A stretch of DNA of 46,887 nucleotides, taken from Octopus sinensis (Eukaryota). The position numbers and the translations under genes are program-made. The stretch is from NCBI RefSeq assembly GCF_006345805.1, contig NW_021834618.1:1-46887 (forward strand), read 5' to 3'. A model generated the notes under the pieces. That model was not told where the DNA came from. It saw only the letters and a list, made by a program, of their open reading frames with translations, and made no database searches. Below, piece after piece: positions 12,401 through 26,421 of this stretch (position 1 is the first letter of the stretch; every line of letters starts with the position of its first letter).

Positions 12401-15400
12401 TAGACAAACGGATTAAGTCGATTAGATCGATCCCAGTGCATAACTGGTACTTAATTTATCGACCCCGAAAGGCTGAAAGGCAAAGTCGACCTCGGCGGAA
12501 TTTGAACTCAGAACGTAACGGCACGCGAAATACCGCTTAGCATTTCGCCTGGAGTGCTAACGTTTCTTATTTCTTTATTGCCCACAAGTGGCTAAATTTA
12601 GACGGGACAAATTAGGACAGACAAAGGGATTAAATCGATTAGATCGATCCCAGTGCATGACTGGTACTTAATTTATCGATCCCGAGAGGATGAAAGGCAT
12701 AGTCGACCTCGGCGGAATTTGAACTCAGAACGTAACGGCAGACGAAATCCCGCGAAGTATTTCGCCTGTGCATGCTAACGTTTCTGCCATCTCGCCGCCT
12801 TACACCAACGACAAAATACTTATATATAAATATATATACTGGAGAATTTACATTGTACAATATAACTATTTACAGATACTGTAAAAGACAATGTTTGGGT
12901 AACTGGTTGAATTTAATTATTTACGAATAATTTATGATTATTATAAAATAATCGAAGTGCAAAGATCATTTTGGAAAGTATGTCAAACAGACCCACGGAC
13001 GCGATTCAGCAGTATTCGAATTACAGATAAGTATACTGGTGGAAATGTTCAGAATGTCTGCATGAAACTTTCCAGTCGACGGTACTCATCGATGGGCTCG
13101 CAAAGTAAGAAAGCGTACAAGAAGAAGCGTATCATCACAGTTCTTACGGCAAACAGTCGTGAGATATGAATTTCTCAAGTATCCATCGAAATTTCGAGTG
13201 CTGTAATTGATATGAACCGGCCCGAAGTATAGGGTTTTGCTTGTTGTACTTGGCAAGATGAGTGGAAGGTACCCATTTTCTAAGGATAATATTTGGACTG
13301 ATGGTATTACATATAAATGAAAGAGTTCAACTATTCACCATAATTGTTTCTACAAAGGCCTGAGCATTTGCGCATTGTGGAGGAACATCATAATAAAATG
13401 CAAGGCTTACGTTATGGTGAGACTTATCATGAATACGATTAATCGGAACATTCATTTTTCACTCTAACTGGTTCCATTTGCAAAATATGTAATGCAAAGT
13501 ATTGAAGAGGACTTTGAAACTAGAGTTTATTTCCAGGTGTATAGCGCAACTCCACACTGCCATAGTGATGTAATGGTCTATATTGATGAGAGATTGCCAA
13601 GTATGTGGATTGGATGGAGAGGTTCAGTAGAATACACTCCGCGCTTACTGAAGTTCTCACACCGCATGAAATTCAGTGTTAGCTCTCACTGCACACGCAA
13701 CGGTGTGCTATTCGTTGGCGCGCTACAGAACGAATATACGAGATGGTATGACAAAGTCCGTGATCTTTGTCATACCATCTCGTATATTCATTAGATGTGC
13801 CTTTTTTATGTACGGAAAGCAATATCAGTTTGATACTTTGTGTATATTCGAGTACACCATTCTTTTGTCACTATATAAGTATTAGCTGATTTGATTTACC
13901 ATTCTAACCATTCTACTATATATGTAATATGCTCTAAATAACTTGCTTAATTTCTGAGAATGATTTTCGAGTAAAATCATTTTAGAATGTGAACAAACTC
14001 GTGTTTCAATCTTAAAATATATGCTCCGCATCTCCCCAGTGTCACATAAGTGAGAACGTGCTATCATTGTTAGTAAACTTTTCATGATATTATTTTCTTT
14101 GTTTCAATCATTTGACTGTGGCCATGCCGGAGCACCGCCTTAAAGGGCTTTAGTCAAAGAAATCAACCCCATGTCTTATTCTTTGTAAGCCTAGTACTTA
14201 TTATGTTGGTCTCTTTTGCCGAACCGCTAATTTACATAAACTCACCAGCATCTGTTATCAAGTGATGGTGGTGGTAATGGTAGTGTGAGAAACGCAGACA
14301 CACACACACACATACAAACACACACATACATAAAGAAGATATATATATACGACGAGCTTCTTTTGGTTTCCGTCTACTAAACCCACTCACAAGGCTATGG
14401 TCGGCCCGAAACTATAGTAGAAAACACGTCCAATGTGCCACAAAGTGGGACTGAACTCGGAATTATGTGACTGGGAAGATGCTTGTTATTAGCCATACCT
14501 GTGCCTAATAGACTAACTATTGAATTTAATTAATGCCGTTTTGTTCCTTTGGCACTATTTAACCTGTATAAAACGTAAGTTTTGATCTACTTGAAAGCAG
14601 AAGATCATTTTCTTTTCAACAGATTTTGCAGAGCCTATCCGAGAATTTCAATACATCAGGAGGATTTTCAACTGACTTTTATCCTGTAAGACGTTTTTGC
14701 ATTTCTCGTATCTTGTGATATTCCTTTGATATTCTCTTACATGACAAATATCTGCATTAGATTCTAGTGAGATTATGAATCAGAATATATGTGTGTATTT
14801 TTGTATGGCAGAATCGGTGAATCACTAGACACACTTTGTTGTAGCAATTAAAATTTCGTTAGCTCTTTAGTACATTCTGGTTTCAATCCCATTGAACGTT
14901 CGGTTAGATGAAATTCCTACAATAAGACATAGATAGAACTTACTTTAATGAATCGCAATTCATTTTTGTGCAAATTGTACATACAAATATTTATTGGGAT
15001 AAAACCCTAGATGTGGGACAGTGAGCTTACAAAATCTATAAATGCTAATTACAGAAGTCGTGTTCCGATTTGTATTTGAAGTTGTTCCAAAATTTTGGTG
15101 AAAGTTATGAACGCAACCCTTCATTGTTATATTTAACTTGAGAATATGATGCCTTACATCTTTTTAGGAGATCATTCATAAACGTCACTATATTATGGTT
15201 AATAAATGTATGTAAGTCAATAAACATAGTCCTGAATCAAACAAAAGATAAAAAGTGAAAATGACAAACTTTAGGAATATACTTATTATATTGGTGAGAA
15301 TTTATAATTTGACCTGAAGCTTTCTCTGATGTTTTTTCGTGAACACCAGTTACAAATATTTGTGTCATGTGTAAGCTCGTCGAGAGGAAGAGCACAACTA

Positions 15401-18400
15401 ATCCAGAGAAAGTGCATTATTATTTTTTTTTTTTTGCGTAGCTAACTTTGAATTATTGTGAAAGATATACTGGCCAAAACACTTCATACTTCATATTCGG
15501 CATATTCTTCTTTATGAGTTCAATAAAGGCAACAGCGCAACTGAAAACGCGAAGAATATTAATGTAGTATATAGAATCAGACAATAAGCATAAGCCAGTG
15601 TCAACGGTAGTTCTTGAAATTCTGAGCCGGAACCTACAGCCTAGAAGACGAGCCTCATCCTGGAATATCTGTTGAGCTCGATGAGGACGTCCTGCAAACC
15701 CTGGCAGAAAAAAATCCCATCATAACTATTGAGAAACTAGCAGAGAAGCTTGGATTTGGCTATTGGAAACGACAGCAAATTGGATCAACGGGTTCCTCAC
15801 AAACTTCCCGAATCTAATCGCGCGCAGAGAGTGCTTATGTGCTCTTCTTTTCTGTCACGTCTCACGAATGAACCGTTTTCCCACCGAATAGTGACTGGTG
15901 ACAAGAAATGGGTTCTCTATAAAAATGTCAAGCACCGATGACAGTAAGAACCCACGTAAGGTTTTGTGTTATGTTTGGTGGAATATGACAAGTTTAGTCC
16001 ACTTTGACCTTTTAAAGCCTAACCAAACGATAATGCGAATTCGTCCTTTAATTGGCGTAATTTCCAAACAGATTTCTAATATTGTTTCTTCATATTTTAC
16101 TTTGAAATCCCTAGTGTAAAGTAACGTAGATATGAAAAGTCGTATAGATATATTAAGTAAATGATTTAACTTATCAAACAAATTTCAACAAATTCATTCA
16201 TATTTTACGTAAACGGAGGAGATTAGATGTTAATATGGATGATGTTTTTTTTTATTCATGTAACTATACGATCGCTTCGACCAAAAAGGCATTAATTTCA
16301 TTTTAAAAATCTGAGTTGTCAAAACGTACTGGTCAGTAGCCTAAAAATAAGAAAATAGCTAAAAGACATTATAATTACATAGGTATGGTGTTATTACTCC
16401 TTTTGTAATGTGTTATTGTTCTTTGAGAGTCATGTCTATTTAAACTAGACTAAAAGATAACACTTGGTTGCTGATATATATAATACTAATTAGCTGATAT
16501 ATATAATAACAATAAGGGTAACATACTCTCAATGGATTTGTATAAAGGAGCTAATTTAAAACTCCCATATATGAAGTAAAAAACTGGTGAGACAGTATTT
16601 TAAGGAAAAGACAAACCAAATAAGGAAATAAAGAATTTTGAAATTATGGAGACTAGGATATATGTTTAACCGTCAATAATCAAAACAGTTTAGTAATTGA
16701 TTAGGAAAAAGTGCTTGATAGTAATCATACATGGTTTCTGGTTTATAAAATTAATATTTAAAATAGGAGAGTATTGTAGTTCGCTTGAAACATTGTGTAT
16801 TGTTTGTAATGAATCGTCGAAGGGCAAGGAAACACGAGTGTAGATGTATGATCCTGATGGTGTTGGGAATTATGTTGATTTTTAAGCAGCGTTTAAGAAA
16901 GTTTATTTGGCATCCGATTTTTGCACGTTTCTCAGATAGCTTGATCAACTCCCTATCGGTCGCGAACTCGGCCTGGCCCAGGCGTAGAGATAGGAGAGTA
17001 TTGTAGTTTGCCTGAAGCATTGTGTATTGTTTGTAAAGAATCGTCGAGGGGAAAGGCTGCGGAAACAGGATGGTAGATGTATGTATAATTAAAATGATTG
17101 TAAATATTATGTCCAATTTTTACAGAAAAAGTAAGTGTAATATTACGGATCTATGAAGTGGTAGATACCTAAAGACAGTTAATAAGATAAAAATAAATAT
17201 AAAAAACAAAAATGTAAATAAGAATTAAAAATAAGAAATTAAAATTATTGAAGATGAGAGAAAATTTATTTACATTATCCGCTGCTAAAAACATATATAA
17301 TATCTATATATATAGAATATATATAATATCTATGGAATGGTGTGGAAAAGTTATATTTAATAATAACGTAAGCAGAGGAGTTTAATTGTGGTGGAATTAG
17401 AGTTATATGTAGTGTAGGGGAGATAACAATTAAGGGAACAAACAGTAGCCTTATATTTTCTATATCTATAAAACAGTCCTTGGACGAAAATTGTATGCAC
17501 ATTTTGCTTTGGCGGTTAATGGCGGCACACCCGAAGCTAGGATCGAGCTGAAAATTGGCAGGGATACTAAATGCGTGGTGAGGATGTGACCCGCGAAGGT
17601 TAAAATTCGCAAGCTATAAATATGTGGTTGCTTTGGCAAAAAGTGATTTTTTATCGATTCAAGGGGGCCTAGAACCCCTCTAGGTTTGTGCGATTAGCTT
17701 TTAATGCCCAGCGGCATGCACTGCAGGCTGATGTCCTTAATAAACTTACATTTTGTCGCGAAATTCCGGTTACTACGAAACGATTTTTCATTGTGAAAAA
17801 ACGAGTGCCTTTTGAACCTCATTTTCTTTTTAATCTTTTTATAAAAGTGAAAGGATTTCATCCATTTATTTCTGTTGTCCACTTACGACGGTGATTCAGT
17901 TGACTAGGAAAACTATACGTGATGAATATCCAATACCAAACTAACTTAATCTACATATTGAAACAGCATTAAACTTTGGCAAGCTTAACTTTACCTATTC
18001 AGAGTTACTTGAAAGGTGATGTTCCCTTCCCTCTCTTCTAATTGTTGATACCTTTGTTTTACCTTTGATACCGTTGTTTGACTTTAAGGATGCTTCTTTA
18101 CCCAGCCATTATGATATTTCGACTGCTGTCCATTGTTTCAAAAAGCAACTTAAACTGTCCAAAGGACAGGTGTGTTTGCTAGTCTATTTACATAAATATA
18201 AAAATATAAAAAGTAAATAGATTGACATCGTGTGTATATGGATGTACACGCAAAACATTATTTGCCATACATAACATTATACGTAAAAGAAATTATGCGT
18301 GTACATCCGGTACAACCATGTGTGCATATACAAACGATTTTTGTACATAGAAAAATAATTCACTGATAAATAATTACGTATACATATATACATGCATACA

Positions 18401-21400
18401 TACATACATACATACATACATACATACATACATACATACATACATACATACATACATGCATATATACATACATACATACATCCTGCATGTATGAATATGG
18501 ACAGACATATTGTTGCACTTGAATGTATGTCTTTGTGTCGTGTGTTTACATGTACGTTTGTGTAATGTATATGCGAGCGCCTGGATATGTGTACGTGTAA
18601 TCCCGACAAACTAGGGTTCCATATACACGCGTCGTAAGAATTCACCAGTGCACTGTTATGTGTATATAATGCAAAGGTGGGTGAAAATATCAGAATATTT
18701 TATTTCTCGAGGAACAAAATAATTAGAATTAAACGTTATTCAGACATAACTGTGAGGAGACTATATAGCTCTTCGGATACCAGACTCTGTAGAAACAATC
18801 TGTTCATTAGAGGATGTCTTGTGGAGAGTAAACAGTCCTTCCATGAACAGCATATCTAGAAAAGTACCTCTGAAAACATTCACAAGAAAATATATAAATC
18901 ACTAATGAACGATGTGCTTGCAATGATCAATTCAATCAATTCACTTCTTGAGTAAGGAATAGTGTCAGAGATCGTGTGGTGGCCGTATGAAACATCATGA
19001 CACAGTCAGTATATGTGCTGTAGAATCATTATAGCAATACATGAATACGTTTTTCAGTTTACCACATAGTACAATTTTATCTGTTTACAACTATTTCGTA
19101 ACATTAAATGTAGGAAAACTCTGTTTAAAACAAAGATGTCAATCATTGTTTACATGGCTCACGCCATTTCTATTATTTACAGAAAACTAAATTATCTCTG
19201 CATATACCAAAATGCACAGATACGATTGTGATAGTTAAGGGCATTCCAAGACAACCATGTCGCAGGTAACATTTTCAACTTAACATTTTGTTCCTAGTAA
19301 ATGAGGATATAATGGTACACGTCCCTGTATGTCTTATTTATCTGTAGGTCTACACTTTAAAATACTTCATAAGCTAAAACTTTGTATGGAGGAAACATTC
19401 CTTGTTATCATCAATGTTAAACATTCTCCTATAATTTTACTACTTCTACCTCCAATACCATTAACTTCATACCATCATCTGAAGTTATACTGAGCTATAT
19501 ATATTCAATGAGGACCAGTTGTATCCTTTCCAATTTTATATACAGAATAATTAACTAGGTTAAATTCGGGTTTATTTTTGCATTATAATCCTAGGTTTCA
19601 TCTTCTTTATTGTTATATTATTTGATGTATTTATTGTTTGTGTTAGCTTTACATGAAAAACTGTTTATTATCAGCCTCCACGTTGATAATTATCTGAGCT
19701 TCTAATTTTGCTATTTTGCAAGTCAGTTGTTACGAATTTATAGACAGAACTATCAGTCGTGATATGAGTTTTGGTAGTCCGTAAATCAAATTTTAAATTA
19801 CATTGAATGTTTTCCTTTATCGGATTTGAATAAAAAGATTGTATGAATTATTATTACAATTTCTTTGTCTATGAAGAATACTGATTTTTCCTCTCGAAGA
19901 ATGTACTTAATCTTATCCATGATACCCAATATTTTTCGTTATAGTTTACTATTTTTTTGTTAGCCGACAATTAAAAAATCCTGGGAGAAATATTTCTAGC
20001 TAGATTACCTATAATAGATGAAGGATAATTAGGTAATCTATGTATATATTGTATCCTGTGATTTGGCTTATCTCTTTTTTTTATTTTCTATTATAATTAT
20101 CATTATTATCTATATAATTTCTAACATGCTATTAATATGCATATTTTCGAAAGGAATCTATGCATTTGAATCTTAATGCCCTTTATTTCTCTCCAGAATT
20201 CGTCTGTATCATATACATCAACCATTGAACAATATACCACAATAGCTATTTACATATATATTAGAGGCCAGTGGTGTCAAAAATGTCTTCGGAGTTCTGT
20301 CATTCTTAATTGATTTATGAAAATAAGGAAATTGACCATTAATTATGATTTTCATAGCTGAAAGTGACATAACATTCATAATCACCCTTTCCTTACCTTT
20401 TCCGTTTTTATTCATTTTTTTCCCCATTTCATTTTTTGCGTCAACTATCCCATTCTTTCTGTTGGTTTTCCATAGACCAAAGTCTTGAGCTCACAGGTTG
20501 AGATTGCTTGGAGATTGAAGGCATGTTCTAAAAGCCAGTGTAAGCACGTTTCTTACTGGTATCAAAATATTAATAGCTCTTTCTAAGATTTAATGCACAT
20601 TAAATCTCTCAATGAATGCAATACATTTACTGTCTATCTTAACTTTACAGAACAGCAAACTATGTATTTATGTATGCATGTGTTGTGCGAGAGTACGACA
20701 CCTCCTGGCGAGAATAAACTGAGCCACTACATGTAAAATTTGTTGTATGAGTAAGTGAGGCTTTTCGTTTCGGAGAGTAGATCCTGCTAGTCCCACAGCC
20801 CGTGTGTTGATAGTTCAAAGTTGGAGTTCAACGTTTACAGTTCGATATAGCGTGTTGAACTGTTGGTTCTTAAAAGATTGTAGTTACGTTCCGTGTGGTT
20901 ACTGCCGTTTGATTCGATTACTTTGTTATTACTTTGTTGCAGTGTATTCGTTTATCCATAAGGATATAACATCTGGCGACGAGGATCGTTCGAAACTCAC
21001 ATTGGTTATTTGACAATTTCTGCGTCATGGGAAACCTATTAACCGCAGTATTACAGTTTCAAGAGAAACAAGAAGAACAATTACAGGGGCTGCAAAAACA
21101 AATACTGCAATAACAACAACAGCAACAACAACAATAACAACAATTAACTGAGTTACAGTTGGTGAAGTCCGAAAATTCGGTATGCTCGTTTATGCCAGAT
21201 GGCGTGGGTAACGTAATTTCTGAATCCGGAGGCGGGTATTACGTTTCCAGCGTATTATAGAAGATATGAGGAAATTTTTAACAACGAGTTCAAGTCATGG
21301 TTGAAGGAGCAGAAACTAAGGTATTTACTACACAAAGTAGCTCCTACTGAACATGAGCGTTACTGTAACTTTATTCTGCCAAAAGTCGAGTGAGAATGGC

Positions 21401-24400
21401 TTTCAAGAAACCGTGGAAGTGCTTTCAAAATTGTTTTGTGACGGAAGTTCATTATTTAACACAGAATTGTTTGTTGGAACTTAACAAAAAATGAAGATGA
21501 TGATTTTATAACCTACGCCGGAGTAGTCAATCGTATGTACCAAAATCCTGAATCTCACTCACGATATTTTCAAATCACTTATCTTCATGCAAGGACATAT
21601 AGCACATGAAGAGAGAGAGATTCGGACAAAGATTCTCTAAAAAATGGTGCAAGCGACCCGCGATTATTTCTCTACAGACCATCGCAGAAAAATGTCAGAC
21701 TATGGTAAATCTTAAACATGATGAAAAAAGAATACAAAATAAAGACTCTGCAAACATTCAAATGTGTCGTCCCGGGAAGCACAATAAAGTGTCAGGACCC
21801 AATCCGCGTTATGGTTGTGGAAGCCTACAGTACAAAAAAGCTTGTCCGTCTGAAAACAAAAATGTGCTATAGTTGTCAGAAGCTAGGACACAGAAGTTAT
21901 CATTGTAGAACAAAGCTATGAGGCCCAAACAGAAAAAGTTCTTAAATGTTTTAGGCGGATAGTGATCGTGACGGAAAAACACGAAAATTTGTGCACATAA
22001 AACTAAATTATATGAATACCAAATTACAGTTAGACACAGGTAGTGACATCTCGCTTATAAATGCGATTATTTCTCAAAAAATTGGTAAACCTAGGTTACG
22101 TAAAACAGGGAATACTGCGCGTGGTATAACGGGCGATAAATTACATTTCATGGTCAAAACGTATCGACGTCACATTTCGAGGAGCAAAATTATTCGTTGT
22201 GGATAGGACAATCAATCCGTTTGGCATGGATTGGTTAGAATAATTTGATTTATGGCACCTCCCCATAAATCTTTACTGCAATAACATAAATGATTGTTCC
22301 GTTAAAAACAAGTCTTCGGAAGAACTGAAGAAAAAAACTGAGCAAATGTTCCTGCAAATGTTATTTAGGTCTATGTAGAAAGACGGAAACCAACTTCCAA
22401 GTAAGTGAAAACGCTCTAACTATACTTAAAGCAAACAGAAAAGCAAGGCTTTTACTACGCAAGGTAGCTCCTGTTGAACATAAACGTTACTGTAACATTA
22501 TCCTGTCAAAGAGTCGAGCGAAACTGGTTTTCAAGAAACCGTGGAACTGCTTTCAAAATTGTTTTGTGATAGAAGTTCATTATTCAACAAAAGTACTGTT
22601 CGCGGCAATTAAATCCGTAAATAAAGAGTTGGACGGACTGGAAAAGAGTGGAAGCAGCAGAAAGGAGTCACGGTATGTATTTAAAAAAATGATAAGATTA
22701 GGCTGTATGGCGATTTCACTACAGAATTGGACGACTGCTTAAAAACCTACCACCATCCACTCCCGACTACAGAGGACATTTTTTCAAAGTGAAATGGTGT
22801 ATAAAGTTTTTTTCCAAATTAGTTCTGTATGTAGCCTATTTACAGATAAAAGTATATAAAAAATTCTCAAAGTATTTGACAATAATACACACAGAGGATT
22901 GTACAGATATATACGATTACCTTTTAGATTACAAGTGGCACCAGCAATATTCCAGCAAATCATGGATACCATGTTATCTGAGTGTGAATTTGCAATCCTG
23001 TATTCGGACGATATTTTGATCAAGAATAATTTTCGTGAACAGCATGTGGAACACATGAAGATTCTGTTTAAGAAAATGAAAGTTTTCGGGTTCACTTTGG
23101 GTGAAGAAAAATGCGAAATCTTTCTGCTATAAATTAAGTACTTAGGGCAAATAATTGATAAAAGTGGGACCCGTCCTGACCCGTGGAGGGCGGACGCAAT
23201 AATGAATATGCCTGTACCGACAAATATTACAACTTTACAAGAATTTCTTGGGTTGGCAAACTATTATCAAAGCTATATTCCTGTTATGGACAAGTTAAGA
23301 GCTCTATTGAACAATTTATGTTTTTTTAGAAAAAAGGAAATAAAGAGGAATTGGTCCACTAAATGCCTGAACACTTTTGAAGAAATTAAAAATTTCTTAA
23401 TCTCAGACTTGTTAGCAAATTACGATCCTGAAATGGACATCATCGTAGCACCTGATGCATACGAGCACAGATTAGATGCAGTTCTACTTCATAAATACGG
23501 AGACGGAAGTACAAAACCAGTGGATCACGTTTCGCGGTCGCTAACAGCAGCAGAGAAGAGATATTGTCAAATTGAAAAGGATGCCCTTGCAAATATTTTT
23601 GCAGTTAAACATTTCACGGGTTTCTGTGTGGCAGAAGTTTTTTAAAATTACAAATAGACCATAAACCTTTGCTGTCGATTTATGGGTAAAAAAAGGGTTA
23701 CTGATTCATATTGCGAATCGTCTGTAACGTTAAGGTGTAATATTACTAAATTATAATTTCAAAATGCAATACATCCCATCGAAAAGAATCGGTCGAGATT
23801 ATTTCGAAAAAATATGGAACTACTAGAACAAACTGTTATAGCCGCACTGCAGGCAGAAAATGAAATTAAAAGTGTTATGATGAACGTTATCCAAGAACGT
23901 CCAGTGACGGTACAGAATATAAGATTGGAAGCTGTAGATGATGAGTATAATACGAAAATAAAAGAAACTTTAAAACATTAGCAGGATATAAATTCAGAAG
24001 CCATTAGTTTTTCAATTGGCGACGATATTCTGATGTATGCCCAAAGAGTGATGGTTACAAACTAGTGTATTGCAACAATTTCACAACGAACATCCAGGAA
24101 TTGAAATGATGAAGGCTGTGATGAGGAGTTACGTCTACTGGCCGTCTTTGGACCGAGTTATCGAAAACTTGGTGAGAACATGTTGACGTTGGGTGCTCGC
24201 AGCCAAAGCCCCACTTGTAAAATATCAATCCTGGCTAGAGACGGAGAACCCATGGTGTAAGTTTCCCCATGACTATGCAGGACCGGTAAATGGCGAACGA
24301 TTCGGGTTCCTGTTGGTATATGTTTTTATTCATGTGCGCTAACTACAGCATTAGAGAATTTCAACAATTATTTCTAGCAATGTAGGCGTTTCTTAACACC

Positions 24401-25959
24401 CTAGTCGTATTTAGTGACATTAAAATTTTCCTTTTTGGTGAAACATTGCAACTTACCGTTCATGTTAATTTTAAGCATATACATTAAAAAATCGCTAAAT
24501 CATCTACTAATTTGGATGAAAAAAATATATATGTGTAGTAATGGAGAAGCAAATCCATCAAAAGCGAATATCGAGTGGGCTTAATTGATGAGGCAACGGA
24601 AATTGCCCAAACTGACGTCAGTATTAAGAATTCTCGAACGGCATTTTTCGGAAGATTCAGGCCCCTGTTATTGCATATGTTTTCATTCATTTTATCTCAT
24701 ATTTCTAGCAATGTAGGTGTTTCTTAACACTCTAGTCACATTTAGTGAAAATTATAATCCCCCTTTTGAGAAACATTGCAACCTACTGTTTATATATGTG
24801 TAAGTGTGTGTTCCTATATATGCATAAACACATATATATAACTATATGTTTATAAGTATGTATGTATGTGTGTGTCTGTATATATATAATACGAAAAAGA
24901 GATCACATAGGAGAAACAATGGTTATGTTATGATCTGCATTGCCTTACAGCTTTTTCTACTATAAGATGCAGTGGACTTGGAGTTGAGTGGCTGAATAAC
25001 ATCCTGTGGTTTTGTCGGAGCCTCCAATATCAAGTCCAACATATTTAGGAAAATACCAATTACAAATGTAGGCACTGATTAAGATATAGGATATCCAGCC
25101 ACTCAAGTTCGAGTCCTCTGTATCTTATAGTAGAAATAGGTGTAAGGTAATGAAGTTCATAATATAACCATCGTTTCTTCTGTGTTGTCTCTTTTTTGTA
25201 TTATATATATATATATATATATATGAATAAACATATATATAAAATACTTTTATTTAATTTTATTATTTTATAATTATTATATGTGAACTAAAATCTAAAA
25301 GTATTCAGTGTGATTGTTTTGTAAAATAGTTTGCAAAGTAAAATATTAGAGTATAGCTAGTGAAAAGATATTCTATAGTTTATTAATGTTATTCTTAAAG
25401 CTAAATTATATCTTCACAGATAAATAGATATTTGTATCTATTTACTCTATTTTTTACCTTAGGTTTTTAACATGATAAATGTATTATAGCCACCTGGTCC
25501 TACTGTTGAAGTTTCAAATTTAGTTCATGGAGTTTCTTCTATAAGAACAATCATGAGTTAATTTCTTTAAGAAATATTCTTTAATTCTATTAGATTATTT
25601 ATTTAACTCTTATTGTTATTATTGTTGACCTGAGGAGTGACTACTTTTAAATTAAATTTTTTTGCGACTAAATTTAAATTTAATTGTAGCTCGAATTGAA
25701 ATTATTGTCATGAAACGTACGTAGTCTTTTTACTTATTTATTGTTAATTCATTTATGTACTTTTTATGATCTAGTTATTTGTTTTATAATATATTTTATT
25801 TTTTCTTAATGATTTGGTTTATGTCTATCATTCTTTGAATTACATAATAGTGTTTTTTCTCTAATTTATAGATATTATATATTTATATTGTGAAATTTGA
25901 TTTAATACAAAATTGAATTTTTCCTTGTGAGTTTGGAGTTATACTCCCTATTATTATTA

Positions 25960-26017
<58 letters not shown>

Positions 26018-26051
26018 CATTATTATTATAATATATGTAGGTAAATATATA

Positions 26052-26086
<35 letters not shown>

Positions 26087-26248
26087 AAATATATATATAT
26101 ATACATACATACATATATATGTCTGGTTTTCTCTCCCATCCTTCCCTATTCTTCTCCTCTCCCTTCAACGTTCCCTCTCTCTTACTCCTCCTCCTCCTCT
26201 TCCTCCTCGACTCTCTCGTTACTGACACTGGATCAGAGTTATACTCCC

Positions 26249-26318
<70 letters not shown>

Positions 26319-26323
26319 GTAGG

Positions 26324-26421
<98 letters not shown>

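Larger units (their letters stand above)
20681..24310 (+). mobile_element. Decayed, 3'-truncated Ty3/Gypsy retrotransposon (Mag/K02A2.6-like)
   Basis: gag with CCHC knuckle [14 protein letters not shown]; protease [11 protein letters not shown]; [23 protein letters not shown]; RNase [21 protein letters not shown]; integrase HPG..YVYWP and DYAGP. Many stops and frameshifts. Confidence 0.95.

Noticed and set aside
12040-12810. Regularly spaced repeats suggestive of a CRISPR array
   Set aside because: Units are ~180-220-bp SINE bodies with no unique spacers and no cas genes; the DNA is eukaryotic.
18735-18859. [15 protein letters not shown] resembling a galectin first segment
   Set aside because: No phase-compatible splice sites and no N-terminal motif; likely chance.
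19348-19550. LYGGNIP..INVK as a relic CRD core exon between the two first-segment exons
   Set aside because: Needs several frameshifts and lacks the W and FPF motifs; cannot be supported by eye. A frameshift-aware profile search would settle it.
24310-25230. 3' LTR of the Gypsy element
   Set aside because: No match to 20681-20971 was found downstream; the element appears 3'-truncated.
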